Counted from the stretch's first letter, positions 1 through 12,189 are shown. The stretch: DNA of 33,000 nt from Dicyema japonicum (GCA_011109175.1 RDEW01000001.1:654182-687181); one strand, 5' to 3'. Notes: a model not told the origin generated them from the letters alone. Numbers and translations: made by a program.

Positions 1-690
1 AGGAACTAGCTTGAAGACAGATAGAATATTCCCAAGGAAGACTTGTCTTCATTGTTCTCCATCTCCCTCTGCTTTACGCATCTGTCCGTAGATCTTCTAG
101 GTCACTGCAGATTAAAGTTTCTTCCAATTCCGTTAATATCCTTGTTTAGAGCCACAGAGAGGGTGACTCTAGGCCTTCCTCTGAATGATGGTTTGTTCTC
201 ATTGTTAAACTAATTGTCCATTATTATATTTGCAGGGGCGTTTATGTCCATTCTAGTTAATATCCTTGTTTAGAGCCACAGAGAGGGTGACTCTAGGCTT
301 TCCTCTGAACGATGGTTTGCTCTCATTGTTAAACTAATTGTCCATTATTATATTTGCAGGGGCGTTTATGTCCATTCTAAGCACGTGCCTAAACAGTTTC
401 TATCTTGATTCAATAATGTCAATCATTTTTGCCTCTCTTGTGCCACAGAGTATAATTACTTATTTGAAATCTTCTTAGGGAAGCCTAGCCCTATTAAATT
501 TCGTAATTGTTTTCGATGAAATATATCCATTTTTTTGGGCTCTAGCTCTGTGACTTCCCATGTACCCGAGTTTACATAAGCACAGGTTTTATATATGAGT
601 CTTATTTTTAGATTTGTTTTTATTAGTTTTCGTCGACTTCATATCTTCTGCATTTTCTTATACTCGGCAGTGGCTAGAACTAAGTGTAAT
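1..690 (-). mobile_element. Decayed RTE-like LINE, 3' part of ORF (post-RT region)
   Basis: Minus-strand translation gives YKPVLM*NSGTW...DIFHRKQLRNLIG...KLFRHVLRMD...FRGKPRVTL, collinear with the C-terminal half of the ORF at 18436-19416 (IKPILLYNSGTW...FHRNHLRNITG...LFGHVLR...FRGRPRTTL). Contains stops. Confidence 0.8.
132..379. repeat. 124-bp tandem duplication
   Basis: 132-255 vs 256-379, 3 substitutions seen. Confidence 0.9.
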
Positions 691-769
691 GGGAGGACTT
701 TTCCTTTGGCATTTAATTTCTGTTCAACCATTAATGAAATCTGTTCAAAGTAGTTTGCAATGTGTTCAT

Positions 770-2760
770 AGCCGTCGCAACATGGCCTGATTAAAATCAC
801 AGCCAGCAGATTCAAGAGAATTGTCCTTAATAAACCAGCTCACCTTTCTGACTATCCTCAATATCTCCAGAAAGCACATTAGGACTCCTTACAAGGAAAA
901 CGAATCATTAACGTCCCCAGACATTACCCTCTGCTCTCAAAACCTTGCACCGGACACATCTTGGACGGTACATTATGAATTATCATCTGACCATAATCTG
1001 ACCATAATTAATTCTGACCATAACCATCATTATTCGCATCTAAAAGTTCTTTACTATAGGAAAGAGACTTTCATTTTTAACTATAAAAAAGAAAATTGGA
1101 GTGGCTATTCAAAATACTTCCCCTCTGCCTGAATAACGATTACGCACGAATTGGCGGTCAACTCAAAACTGGAGACTATCTTGAGGATATTCGTAAACGC
1201 GCGAAGAACAGAGCTAGATGGAGAGGGCTGACTGGGAGGATAGTCGAGTGTACGGCACGAGCGAAACCCTAGGCATTTTACGTGCTTATGGCAGTGCGGG
1301 AGTGCTATTAACTAACTATTCAAAATACATCAATCAAGCTCTACTAAACTTTGATAGATGAAGCTATAGACTTTTTGAATAAACTTATTCTCATGACGCG
1401 GAGAACATAAATTAATCGTGGATCATTTAAATTCTACAATGAAAAACTCTATCAGAACACTAAATTATTAAAGAAACCTCCTAAAAAGGCACATACTTTC
1501 TTTCCATGAGATAAAATTCGAACAAAAACTCTCAATGACGAAATATCAAAAAAGATTAGAAGAGCTAAAGCCAACAAATGGGAAAAATTAGTATCGTCCC
1601 TCCCGTTTCAGAAATCCGCTGAGGCCTCATGGAGAGAAATCAAACAAGTTGGCCCAAAAGGAAATTTGAACACAAGGCAACAGGCAGATCAGCACAGTCT
1701 TAACAAACTTATGAAATATTATGCCAGTATAAACCTACCTCCCATCCGAAGAAGGACTCTTCGGACGACGGCCTCTTCCCTATCTTAATCCCTTTTGGGT
1801 GAATGGGTATCTGATAATTCTCGCAGTGACATTGAACTTAATCCAGGCTCCCCACTCTCAATTCTAACGGCCAAAAGAAATTTTAAACATTAACAGCCCA
1901 AAAGCTTTTTTTACAGAAAAAAGACGGATCAGCACAGTCTTAACAAACTTATGAAATATTATGCCAGTATAAGCCACACAACTTTCAGGAAAATGAATTG
2001 GCCTTCTTTATCTTCTATGAGACCGAAGAGAACCAAGCCGATCAACTTTATCTCACATTCAGATGTCAGTAAAGGTTTGAAGAGGATGAATTCTTCCCTC
2101 TCATGTGGGCCTGATTCTATTCCTGTTGCGATTGATGCAATCACAGTAATTTTCAACTATTCAATAGACATGAATACCATTCCAATATCTGGAAACTGTC
2201 CAATCTTTAAGCCTGGGATGTCTAAGGACAATCTTGCATCATTTCGACCAATCTCTTTACTATGCAGCCCTAGATCACAATCTACTGAAGGTTTTAGAAA
2301 AACTTAAGAATACCTTCACAAGATTCAAATTTGGCTAAATTATAACCGGCTTGATATATCACTGGAAAATCTTCGTCCTTATTTACCTAAGACAAACTAC
2401 TTAGACAAATGGATATATTTATCAACCAGACAAAAATAGCTTTCACTAAGAAACTGAAAATCTAGGGGATCACTTTCGACACAAATGTTTGGTTCATCTC
2501 ATGTCGACGGCATCTCTGGAAGCTCAAGAAAGCTAGGGATAATCAAATCTATTTTCTGTGGCATTAAAACCCCTTTCCAAGCTTTGAAATTGTTGTACAA
2601 ACAATTCATTGAGCCATCTGTCAGCTATGTCTGTACGTCATGGAAATCAATCTGTCCTGGACAAACAAACAAAGAATCCGCGACATTCAGTCCTTAACAG
2701 CCTCTACCATTAGTAACCTCGAGAAACTAGAAAAACTAATTTTTTCATCACTTGAAGACC
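770..2760 (+). mobile_element. Highly decayed APE-type LINE (Ingi/Vingi/Jockey-like), interrupted by other fragments
   Basis: APE C-terminus (SPDITL...SSDHNL, ORF 821-1132), pre-RT motif (GPDSIP...PIFKPG...SFRPISLL, ORF 1951-2307) and post-RT motif (LYKQFIEPSVSYVCTSW, ORF 2485-2697). Many frameshifts. Confidence 0.7.
1133..1320 (+). mobile_element. 5'-truncated RTE-like LINE 3' end nested in the older LINE
   Basis: NNDYARIGGQLKTGDYLEDIRKRAKNRARWRGLT resembles the end of ORF 18436-19416 (LASGDDLDSLRDLAKNRRAWSNLT). Confidence 0.7.
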
Positions 2761-3269
2761 TTATCTGAAAAAATGGAAAGGGATTTGCTACCCTGTGCAG
2801 GCAGTGCAACTCTTAACAATACACAGTCAAAACTTGTCTTATGAGAAGGGTATACATCACCCTTCTCCAATTTCTATCCCCTGAGCCACCCCGCCCACAG
2901 AGAAGTTGCGTTGGATCCAGAAGGAGCACGAGGAGAAGATGAACAATCTGATTGAGGACTTCGAGATCACTTAAATAAGTAATTAAATTAACTATTGTTG
3001 TTCTTGGTTTAATAATGTTGGTCAGCATAGCATTGACTAATCTTTCGCCAATTAGCGTGTTTTTCAACCGGGTGAATCTATTGAGTTGGGGGCGGTAGCC
3101 GCTTGGGTATGACGGTAGAGGATGCATTTACATATTGAAAACTGTCAATCGGAGAGATGGTAAGCAGATTCTCAGAGTTAATTGTTCCAGTGAGTCGTCT
3201 TGGGGGAACGGGTCCAGTATGTCATCCTAAATATAGCTGGCCAGTATATGCTTCCTGATTAGCGTAATA

Positions 3270-3530
3270 AGGAATTCCAACGTTGCAGACAAGAGGTTTC
3301 CAGGCTTTAAAGGAGAAAATGATCATCACATCGAGTCGTTCCCTGTCACGTCTGCAAAGACTGACTGTTTCGAGTATAGAAGGGTGACCGGCATCGTCCC
3401 AATCTTGCCTAACGACTTCTTTCAAGGCCATGATCTGCCAGCACTTTTCCTGTAGGAAAGAGGATGCAGGCAAAAACAGTCAAATCGTCCTCCCCACTGG
3501 ATGCGGCACAAAACTTTGAATCTGTATTCA
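3270..3530 (-). mobile_element. CRE-like non-LTR retrotransposon fragment (zinc knuckle + restriction-like endonuclease)
   Basis: DCFCLHPLSYRKSAGR, then AGHPSILETVSLCRRDRERLDVMIIFSFKAWKPLV, a degenerate version of the ILELVVFDRGDGKQPDGITILPFEEGKRLVWD motif at 24504-24731. Confidence 0.65.
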
Positions 3531-4739
3531 TAATATATTCTTCTAAAACTCCCATTTCTCATACTTTTATAACGATTAAAACCCAATTTTTGGATATCCG
3601 TAAAATTGCTATTCTATCAATATTCAGTTTTGATTTATTGCCATCTGAAGGACCACTTGTCAATTCAGACATGTAGGTTCACACTTTGCTGTCGGATTAT
3701 AAGGGCTGAGGAATAATTCAAAACTGGAAAGACTTATTTATTAAACATCACTAATGTTTGTAATAAAATACCACTCAGTCGTTTAAATTTTCATAAATTT
3801 GCCAATTTTAGTAATACATGTCCAAACAATTTTCGACTAATCATATATTCTTACGGTGGATGGATTCTAGGGGTTTCACACTCACCAATTAAAATGTTTT
3901 CTCGGTTCACAGGATGAAGAATAAGTTTTCTTGGTTTCTGAATTGTCTCTACTGCTTTTCACAATTCCATGGAATCCTGTGACAAAGAATACCACTTCAA
4001 AAAATTATAGCCTCATAAACATTTATGCAGTGGGTATAGAGTATGAAGGTTACAGGTGGGAATAAATTTAATGTATCCAATCAGATTAATAATAAAACTC
4101 ATTTAAGACCTATTAGACAAGTGGTTAATTGGTCGGAAGGTCAAAATAGAGAGTACTTATATTGTACTTTTTTCATTATTTAGTGCCATGTGGCTACTTG
4201 ATTGAAGATTTCTCATCCTTCCCTCTCGTGGCTTCATTGGATCCACCTTACTTAGGAGACGCATAATGCATGACTGGCATTCAAAAGGATTCATCTATTC
4301 ATTCCACATGGAGACCCCTTTCCTGGCAACGAGTTCTGGAATCGATCACAGCCTCCTGGAAAACGTCCTCTGGATCACAGTGCTTGGGTGAGGGTTCTGT
4401 TTGAACGTGTCAGGATTAAGGAATAAGTTCGGTTTTACCATTCGTCTTTCGAATAATTAATATTATTTAATTATTAAACCCAGGTTCATATATCTTTTAG
4501 TGAACATGGGTATTGTGACCGAGAGACATTAGAAGTTTTGAGAAAAGGAAATAACTGATTCACGTAAGATCCAAGTTCTAACCCCATCCAGCACAGAAAT
4601 GAACTTTCACGGTCGTCTCCCAGAAACCCCACCTATTTTCTTCTTGGACGTTTTTAATATTAATGGCTTTCTTACAGAAAAGTTCACTCCTTTAATGGGA
4701 GAAACTAATTTGTTATTACAAATTTTATTTTTGAAGATA

Positions 4740-4830
4740 TCCTATGATGCACGTGAGACTCAGTGGCCTCTCTAGTTGATCTCTGTTGCGATCGTGACAG
4801 GTAACGTAGATTGGCAGGGATCATTTTTGA
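4740..4830 (+). mobile_element. CRE-like element extreme C-terminal fragment
   Basis: DARETQW...ISVAIVTGN; nucleotide similarity to the reverse complement of 24270-24350 (gcacgtgagac...ttgatctc.gttgc.atcgt). Confidence 0.55.
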
Positions 4831-5543
4831 TTGATTTTTGTGTTTTTGATTAATAAATTCTTTCATTTTAAGGATTAACAAAGTATAATTAAATTCTGAT
4901 TTTCTATCTTATAATCTTTGATATTTATGATTTTGATCCACCTGATTGACAGTGTCAGATACTAAATATTGAAATGTGTTTTGCCAGATAAAATCGAATG
5001 GCTTAGCAACCACGTGACTACAATCAATTTTAAATATTTATTTAATGAGAGATCGTCATTGAATGATTGTCATTACTGTATTTCAATTTAGCACTCTGTT
5101 AGGAAGAACAGTAACTATCCCATGTGGACAATAGACAGAATATTGTAGTACCATCTGTCGAATCACATCTGTTAATATAAAAAGTAAACTAATTGGATGT
5201 AAAGAAATAACCCATCAATCAGATAAGTTGCCAGGATATTGGAATGTGGCAAATTAATTGACTGTAAACAATTTGTCATCTTATTATTCCGAGAGTATTC
5301 TACTCAAGATAATCACCCATAGACATAAGCACAGTTGAAATTCTAATGAGGGTTATAGTCACACTTGATTAGACAGTCTCAAACCATTGACGAGTTGGTG
5401 TTATGAGGGTAGTGACTTGGATTGAGGGTATGCAGTTATTGGCCAAAAGTGATCAATACAAAATAATATTCACACATTGATTTATTATTTTTTGCGCTTA
5501 ATTAATTGTTATAATTTGATGCACGTAATGGTATTCTCAGTTT

Positions 5544-6164
5544 ATGAACAATCAGTGGACTACCCAGGCTAATTTAATCAAATGGATCTACCAAAAGTGG
5601 ATCACCTACAGTAGTCATTTACCATCAATTTTAGATTTTATGGGTCTTCAGAATCGGACAAACACACCGAATGAGGCAGACGAGGGTGGAAACTATAGTC
5701 AAGTAAACAAGCCAGTGGATGGGAGGGAAACTGGTAATTATACCATGGAGTTTCAAATGATGATGTTACAACACGCATACTATATGCAGTCACTTAGTAT
5801 ATGGCAACGCTCAAACTGGGACAATGCTTTCATACACAATAAATATCCCCAAATACAAAATAGTGAATTTGGACAAACTCCCAGTGAAGAAAGGGAAAGC
5901 AAAGTTCATTTATGTGGAGAATCGATTTTATTTAATGGAAAGAAGCATGTTAAATGCACAATTTGTAAAAAGGTCGTGACAGAAGGGGCATTTTACAGAC
6001 ATTCTCAGAGTCATAGCAAGATTTATAAGCACGTGTGCGAGAAATGCAGTAAGAGATTTTATAGGAAAGATAAATGGAAGGAACATCATGTGTTATGTGA
6101 TGGAACTCCTCGATATCGTGGAAGACCTTCTAATTCAAAATTTTTATATAAAACTAATAATTAA
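5544..6164 (+). CDS. Zinc-finger protein (C2H2 + C2HC fingers, AT-hook-like RGRP motif)
   Basis: Intact 206-aa ORF with CTICKK...FYRHSQSH and CEKCSKRFYRKDKWKEHHVLC, followed by PRYRGRP. The true start is uncertain because there are several in-frame Met codons. Confidence 0.8.
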   Translation: MNNQWTTQANLIKWIYQKWITYSSHLPSILDFMGLQNRTNTPNEADEGGNYSQVNKPVDGRETGNYTMEFQMMMLQHAYYMQSLSIWQRSNWDNAFIHNKYPQIQNSEFGQTPSEERESKVHLCGESILFNGKKHVKCTICKKVVTEGAFYRHSQSHSKIYKHVCEKCSKRFYRKDKWKEHHVLCDGTPRYRGRPSNSKFLYKTNN

Positions 6165-6329
6165 TATGGCATTTCATAAATATTATTTTCACAAATTGAT
6201 TTCACACATAAACTTACCCCCATCGACGAACATTGGCATTGTAGACTAATAATGGGGGACACTAAGTGTGTCTTGTTAGTAAGTAAATATCGTGGAATCT
6301 AGATGTTGTTCTTGTTACGTGATCCGATA

Positions 6330-6659
6330 ATAATAATAACAGCCTTTTTCACGGAGCCGTGGTATTAGCTCCGCATAGGCAGGACACACACTTTATTTAA
6401 GTAAAGAACAGTTAATTTTAACTAATCGTAGAACCAAGGAATGATCTTCACTTCTTTTTTCTTTTTCTTGTGTGAGTGTCCTTTCTAGACAATCCAGTTC
6501 CGCAGTGAGTATCCACTGATGACGGCGTCACTCGTCAAGCCTTTTTAGCATCGTAGATGCGTGGAACCTTCCACCAGGTGAACAACAGCGAGAATCGAAC
6601 TCGTAACATTAATCACTTTAGCTTGACATTTAACCACTATGCCACCCGGGGACTATGCC
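6330..6659 (-). mobile_element. tRNA-derived SINE, copy 1 (near full length)
   Basis: Minus-strand 5' head GGGTGGCATAGTGGTTAA...GAGTTCGATTCTCG has Pol III A and B boxes. It has a 3' hairpin CGGAGC/GCTCCG (6352-6373), a (TTA)n tail, a flanking direct repeat ATCCGATA (6322-6329 and 6660-6667) and a homolog at ~29520-29796. Confidence 0.8.
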
Positions 6660-7231
6660 ATCCGATATTCCATCGAATTCAGGGATTCTAAATTTGTGAA
6701 TAATTTGTTAGTAATTCTAACAATTATAAAAATGTTGATTCAAATCGATTTTGGTTCAAAATTGATAATATTTTTAGTTATTATAAAAAACCATAACTAA
6801 GCGATAACTATCAAATTATTTACACACGTGGGATTAATAATCTTTGGGTGGTCGGAATAATAATAATAAATGAAAATCTTAATTTTGTATCTTTTGCATG
6901 ATCAAAGTTATGTCATCTGTTGCATCAGTGAAACAACCAATATCACAAACTTTATAGAATTAGAAGACAGAATTGATGAATTAAACTTACCCCTTAATAT
7001 TAACCATGTTAACAGTGTTTATTAGTACTTTCAAGACAACCATATTTATAGACCCACAACAAAAGAAACAATTTTGGATGTCAATCTTTCCGCCACACCT
7101 CTATTATTAGACTTAATGGGAATGTCATCCTAGGCCTGTACTGAGACTAAAAACTTAACGTCTTCAAATAGACAAATAGAAGAGTTCTTAGCCACATTTG
7201 AATAAAATGAAATAATTTACTAATAACAGAA

Positions 7232-8312
7232 TCATTTAGCCTCAACTTCTTCCTTATTAATCATGTCGTGGAGAAATTCACAGTCCACAGAGTATCTCGA
7301 CTGAAAGTCAGCTGCATAGCAAATGACCTGTCTTATCATAAATGGGCCGACTCCTGGCTTCTTATGACTCAACAGATTTTTAAGTAAAAAGATAGAATTA
7401 TCCACCAACTCAGAATGAGACATTTTAATCTAAAAGTAATATCAAAGCAAACAATGCCGACAGGGAAATCCAGACTTGAAATATTGGAGGTCTCTGGTCT
7501 GATAGCCTTGTATGTACTCCCAGACAAGTAATTATGAATACGAGAGGACAGATCAGTCAGATTACCTACAAATGATAAAGAACCTCACCAAATTTAGAGA
7601 CAGGAGCCTTATCCCTCAAAATCGGTCTGATTTTTCCAATTCCTGTAAAATTCTCATTCCCAAGGAATGAATAGTCGAACTTGTCGTATCTAATTACTGC
7701 ATCTCTTATCTAAATTAAGGAATTATAATACTTTTCTTATAAGTTCAGGTCCACCAGCATCATATGCTCCCAACTCCATGGAATCCTTGCATTCCTTATA
7801 GTTCTAACTTAGAGACACGCATGTACATTTTAAAACACGAGAAAACGTTTGGGGAGTCCGTCTTTGAACACGTGGAGATATCGGATGGTCCTGAGAATCA
7901 ATTTTAGGGTATCTCTCTGCACTTACATAAACAACTACCTTTTTGGGATCAGAAAAATCCATTTCTACTTTGAGTTTTACGTGGAGGTGTTGTCTGTCAA
8001 ACATTGAAGGGTGAAGAAGTTGTTGTAGCATCAAAATGGAATCCGAGAGACTGAATTTTTGTGGGAGATACCAATTTCCAATGACTATTCGGCTATCCTT
8101 TGGGGCCTCAGTGAGGGCTGTGGGGGTGTTGGAATCGATTTTCTTAACTCGTCTAAGATTTTTATGATTTTTAACTTTTTCTTTTTATCCTTAGGTCTGA
8201 ATATGTACTTTTTGTGGATTTTCCTGCCATACCTGACAGTTTCCAAGAGTGGAAATGGTCTCTGAGTGATCACATTTGTCATTCCAAAAACTGACTTTAT
8301 CAGTCCAGTCAT
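7232..8312 (-). CDS. MRPL1: Mitochondrial ribosomal protein L1 (uL1m), 7 exons, ~314 aa, one in-frame TAA
   Basis: Splicing GT-AG introns 8153-8175, 7917-7938, 7804-7826, 7710-7731, 7566-7588 and 7430-7452 (22-23 nt) gives ...FSLSDSILMLQQLLHPSMFD...KRFLVF*N/NYKECKDSMELGAYDAGGPELIRK/IRD...KIRPILRDKAP...LDFPVGI/IKMSHSELVDN...SHKKPGVGPFM. This matches recalled animal MRPL1 (GAxxAGGxxLI, GPF). TAA at 7830-7832. Confidence 0.85.
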
Positions 8313-8330
8313 CACTTAGTTAATAACACT

Positions 8331-8393
8331 TCAACAATTATTTAAATTTGATCAACAATTATTTAAATTTAATCAACAATTATTTAAATTTAA
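8331..8393. repeat. 21-bp tandem repeat x3, TCAACAATTATTTAAATTT(G/A)A
   Basis: Units at 8331-8351, 8352-8372 and 8373-8393, between the MRPL1 start codon and a LINE insertion. Confidence 0.9.
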
Positions 8394-9229
8394 AGAAATG
8401 TTCCTATGGCTGAAGGAATATTTAACTGGGAGGATATCTCACGTGGTAAGATATTCGCATGGTATATCGTTTAAAAGGGGAGTGACACAGGGATCTATCT
8501 CAAGCCCCCCTGCTATTCAACATATTTATGGAAGATTTTCCGTCACCGCAAGACGTCAGGACCAAGCTGATGATATACGCGGACGACATCTTAATCCTGG
8601 ATTCGTCTCTGAAGGCATACATCTCAGAGCGGCGACTAGGAGCTTTTATCGACGAAGTCCAGGGTTGGTGCGATCGGAGAGGCATGAAACTCTCCACGGA
8701 AAAATCCAGTTACTTGAGGATAAGCAGGCCGAGTAGGCATCAGGAAGAGCCCTACACTCTTAGTATACCGAGAGTTTCATCCCTGAAATACCTGGGGATT
8801 GCAGTAAATGGGAGAGGATCATACCTGAAGGACATCGAAGAGCGAAGGAAGAAGGCTTTCAAACACTGTTCTGCACTAGAAGACTAAAGTTGGATGTTGA
8901 TTCCATGCTCTTTGTCTTTCGGAATGTGATTCTTCCCAGACTTATTTACAGAAGTGAGGGATGGTTCTACACCCCCTCGACAGAGAAGATTCTCGCCCGA
9001 CTAGAGAAAACAAGGCGAGCGGCAATCAAACAATCCCATGGTAGAAATTGTACGAAGGCCTGACTGAGGAAGAGAACAAACTTGTCAGACCAGTAAGGGA
9101 GGATATTCAAATCAGGATGTTTAATTAATAGACAAGTAATTGATGGATATCAAGGAAAAAGGGGTACTCAGATGAACAGTCCAGGCCAACCGGTGGACTG
9201 ATACCTATTCCATAACTTGTTGACTTAAT
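8394..9229 (+). mobile_element. 5'-truncated decayed LINE (RT domain, Jockey/I-group-like)
   Basis: WLKEYLTGR...RGVTQGSISSP, MIYADDIL and LKYLGI motifs with frameshifts. Possible 14-bp TSD TTATTTAAATTTAA at 8380-8393 and 9230-9243. Confidence 0.8.
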
Positions 9230-9551
9230 TTATTTAAATTTAACAAGAAATTAAATTTTATTATAGAACCAAACAGATTATATTATTAGAAATATATAAT
9301 CACCACTTACAAGATTTACTGCATAGCCTGAGCAGTGGGATTACGAGGAACCTATTACACACAAGCCCTGAGCATAATGATTTTTCCTTTAATTAGCAGA
9401 ATCACAAACTAAACAGCATTTTGACCCATAATGGAATGTCACTCCCTTCCACTAACAATTTCAAATTACTGGGGATCATATCAGCAAGCATGTCAGCAAT
9501 GTCATCATTTTTTTCCAACAAAAACTAAACCTATAAAATCACTTTTTGGAT

Positions 9552-9945
9552 ACCATAAAGGGTGTTTCCACTCAACCTTAAGTTACCTTTATACGCAATA
9601 CAATTAGCTACGGCTGTACGGCCACGTATCTTTTTATCTCGGTGATCCTTGGTTATAATTAATATGGATTCATCGATGGACTTTTGTTGCTGAAATAACC
9701 TCTTTCGTGCAAATAAAAAATTAATAAATGTTTACTAAACTTTTATAGACCATAAAAGGTGTTTCCACTCAACCTTAAGTTACCTTTATACGCAATACAA
9801 TTAGCTACGGCTGTACGGCCACGTATCTTTTTATCTTGGTGATCCTTGGTTATAATTAATATGGATTCATCGATGGACTTTTGTTGCTGAAATAACCTCT
9901 TTCGTGCAAATAAAAAATTAATAAATGTTTACTAAACTTTTATAG
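9552..9945. repeat. 197-bp tandem duplication
   Basis: 9552-9748 vs 9749-9945, near identical. Confidence 0.9.
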
Positions 9946-10419
9946 ACCAAGACTGGATGAGGATGACCGAACATACATAGCGAAATTGAACTACATGTTA
10001 ACTTTCCTGAATGTGCAAAAGTACCCCCAAGTAGATTCCCTGTCTCAAATTATTTTCTATTAATCTGGAGGCAATGGAATGTAAAAATGTTTTGATCTAG
10101 TAATGGTATACCAGATCAGCGTGAATTAATCGATAATCTAATTTGACACTTCGCATCATCACTTACACCAAGGAGGCAGGTTATTATTATTAACCCAAAA
10201 ATCACCATGATATTATCTAATTATAAGGGAAGCCCACCCAAGTCCCTCTGAATAGCGACTTCATCGTTTCCTGACGTTTCTCTCGGAAACCAAGCATTTT
10301 CTATATATACAATTTTGGGAATTTTGGGCGATCTTCCAGGGTGGAAGAACAGGGTAGCAAAAATACTCACGAGAAATTTGAAAATTTTAATTCAAATCAT
10401 TTTATTTAAAATAATGAAA

Positions 10420-10990
10420 ATTAGGCAATAATTAGGACGACAGAATGGCGAAGGCTTTACCTCTGATAATCGCCATTTCGAGCCTCTGCCTCAACCAGAG
10501 TCCCCCCGTGGCTCGCACCTTTTTGAAGCGAGTTTGCTTCCAATACTGTGGAGAAAGGTGTCCGTCTTCGCGCCTACAGTTCCAGTTGTCTCCACAGCAA
10601 TGTGGGAGAAATGGTAATGGTCTCCGAGGGATTCGTACTTATGGATCTTTTTGAGCTCCGCCTGATCAGCTGCGTCTCCAGGAGAGTGCATTGCTGTCAG
10701 CAATATGGCTCCTAAGAAGGTGTGCGTCTCCAACAAGAGAGTGGATGCAAGCCTTTCGTATCAACGTCCCCGCCGCAACGGCATTTGTGTCTCTGGCATA
10801 TGTTTAGTCCTAGGCGCAGTGCCACCCCGATCCTCAGGCTGTTTTCGTCAAGGAGGGTCCCCAGATGTGGGCAAGGTAGGGCCTCGAACCAGACTCCATT
10901 TCCGCGATGTGCGGCCGACTTAATGCTTACTAGTCGGGTTCATGAGAAAAGTTGTTTCTCCCATTCGAGATTCCTCTTCAAATTTTACTG
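10420..10990 (-). mobile_element. CRE-like RLE retrotransposon 3' fragment
   Basis: AADQAELKKIHKYESLGDHYHFSHIAVETTGTVG...LRQRLEMAIIRGKA is the typical RLE C-terminus (KxxKY...AVETxG...QRxSxAIxRGNA). Confidence 0.75.
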
Positions 10991-11299
10991 AAAGGTGATT
11001 GTCATCGATACAGGAAAGCCGTGGGTACTCTGAAAGAACATAAGAAAAACTTCTCGATCTTTTTGAGGTGTACATGGATCACTTAATTAGTTGGTTTACA
11101 CCTTCTTTCTTGGTGTTCCCTTCTCGGAGTTATTAAATAATAATAATAATTAAATCGGAAAACTCAATCTTGTCAGGGCCAAATACTCCAGACGTCTTAA
11201 CATAAATAGACTGATAGAAGAATTTATGCGTCAGTTTTTTGCATTCCTAATTAATCGATTTTACTGTTACAGTAGTTAGGAATGTCCAGCACTAAAATT

Positions 11300-12010
11300 G
11301 AGTGATAATTATTCTTAACATTGGACGGTGTTGCTAAGAATGCTTATGAATCTCACTTGAGAGCTATAGCAAATGACGCACCAACTAGAACATGCATTAA
11401 ATCTGCTGTCCTCAAGAAGACGTTGAGAGCATACTGATGGAGTATAGATATTGAATGCGCACCATCGATGAAGATTTGATTAAAGCAACCAATCACCTGG
11501 TGGAATTAGAAAATCAGTTCGATGACGTTCCAGGCAACCCAAATGAAGAGGAAACGGAAAGTGTTGTTCCGTTCTGTCTTGGACTAAAAATGTGTTAGAC
11601 GATGAGAGTTTCATCATCAATAATCGATTTGGGTTCAACGTTTACGAACCTTACCTGTTGACCTGACCGGAAAAGATTTATCCTCCTTTCTACAAAAGAA
11701 GCGTTTGGAATTTTATTAAACACATAGCTCTCAAAAATATCATCAAATGTGTTTTGGAGTCACTGAATTCCCATCAAAACCTTGGAACTTGACCAAAAAA
11801 AATAGGAGATCTTATGGGCTGACCATTTGTTATTTTCGAATGGAGGATCTATCGTTTGGAATGTGATGTCATTACCTTATTCACTGCTTCACAATTTCCG
11901 TTGACACTCTCCCCAAATGCAGAAAACTGTAAAATACTCAGTTTTGGAAATCATTTCGCTTCGCCTCCGTCAAAACCTATGGAGCGGTTAAAAGAAGAAG
12001 TAAAAAACTG
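11300..12010 (+). mobile_element. Possible very degenerate Ty3/gypsy LTR-retrotransposon remnant
   Basis: Scattered motifs in the expected order: LDGVAKNAYESHL (gag-like), SIIDLGSTFT (protease-like), then DLMG*PF, TLFTASQF and HFASPP (integrase-like). Weak. Confidence 0.3.
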
Positions 12011-12189
12011 TCAATAAAACCGGGAATGTGATTGGTTGACTCAGAGATCCCTGTGAACAGAGATGTTTCATGTAACCTGGAAATAATCGTACGCGGCAAC
12101 AATCAGTGTTAATTATTTACTAATGTTTTTGTTAATAAAAATAATTTATTTAAATTAATAATTAGTGATTTAATTAAAATATAAATTCC

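Noticed and set aside
3540-4110. Minus-strand tiny-intron gene
   Set aside because: There are several candidate introns, but no consistent open frame or recognisable product.
6514-6570. Hammerhead ribozyme (CTGATGA core)
   Set aside because: No GAAA after stem II and no complete three-stem core.
6585-6652. Functional tRNA gene
   Set aside because: A/B boxes are present, but there is no proper acceptor or anticodon stem, and it is embedded in a longer repeat with a tail and TSD, i.e. a SINE head.
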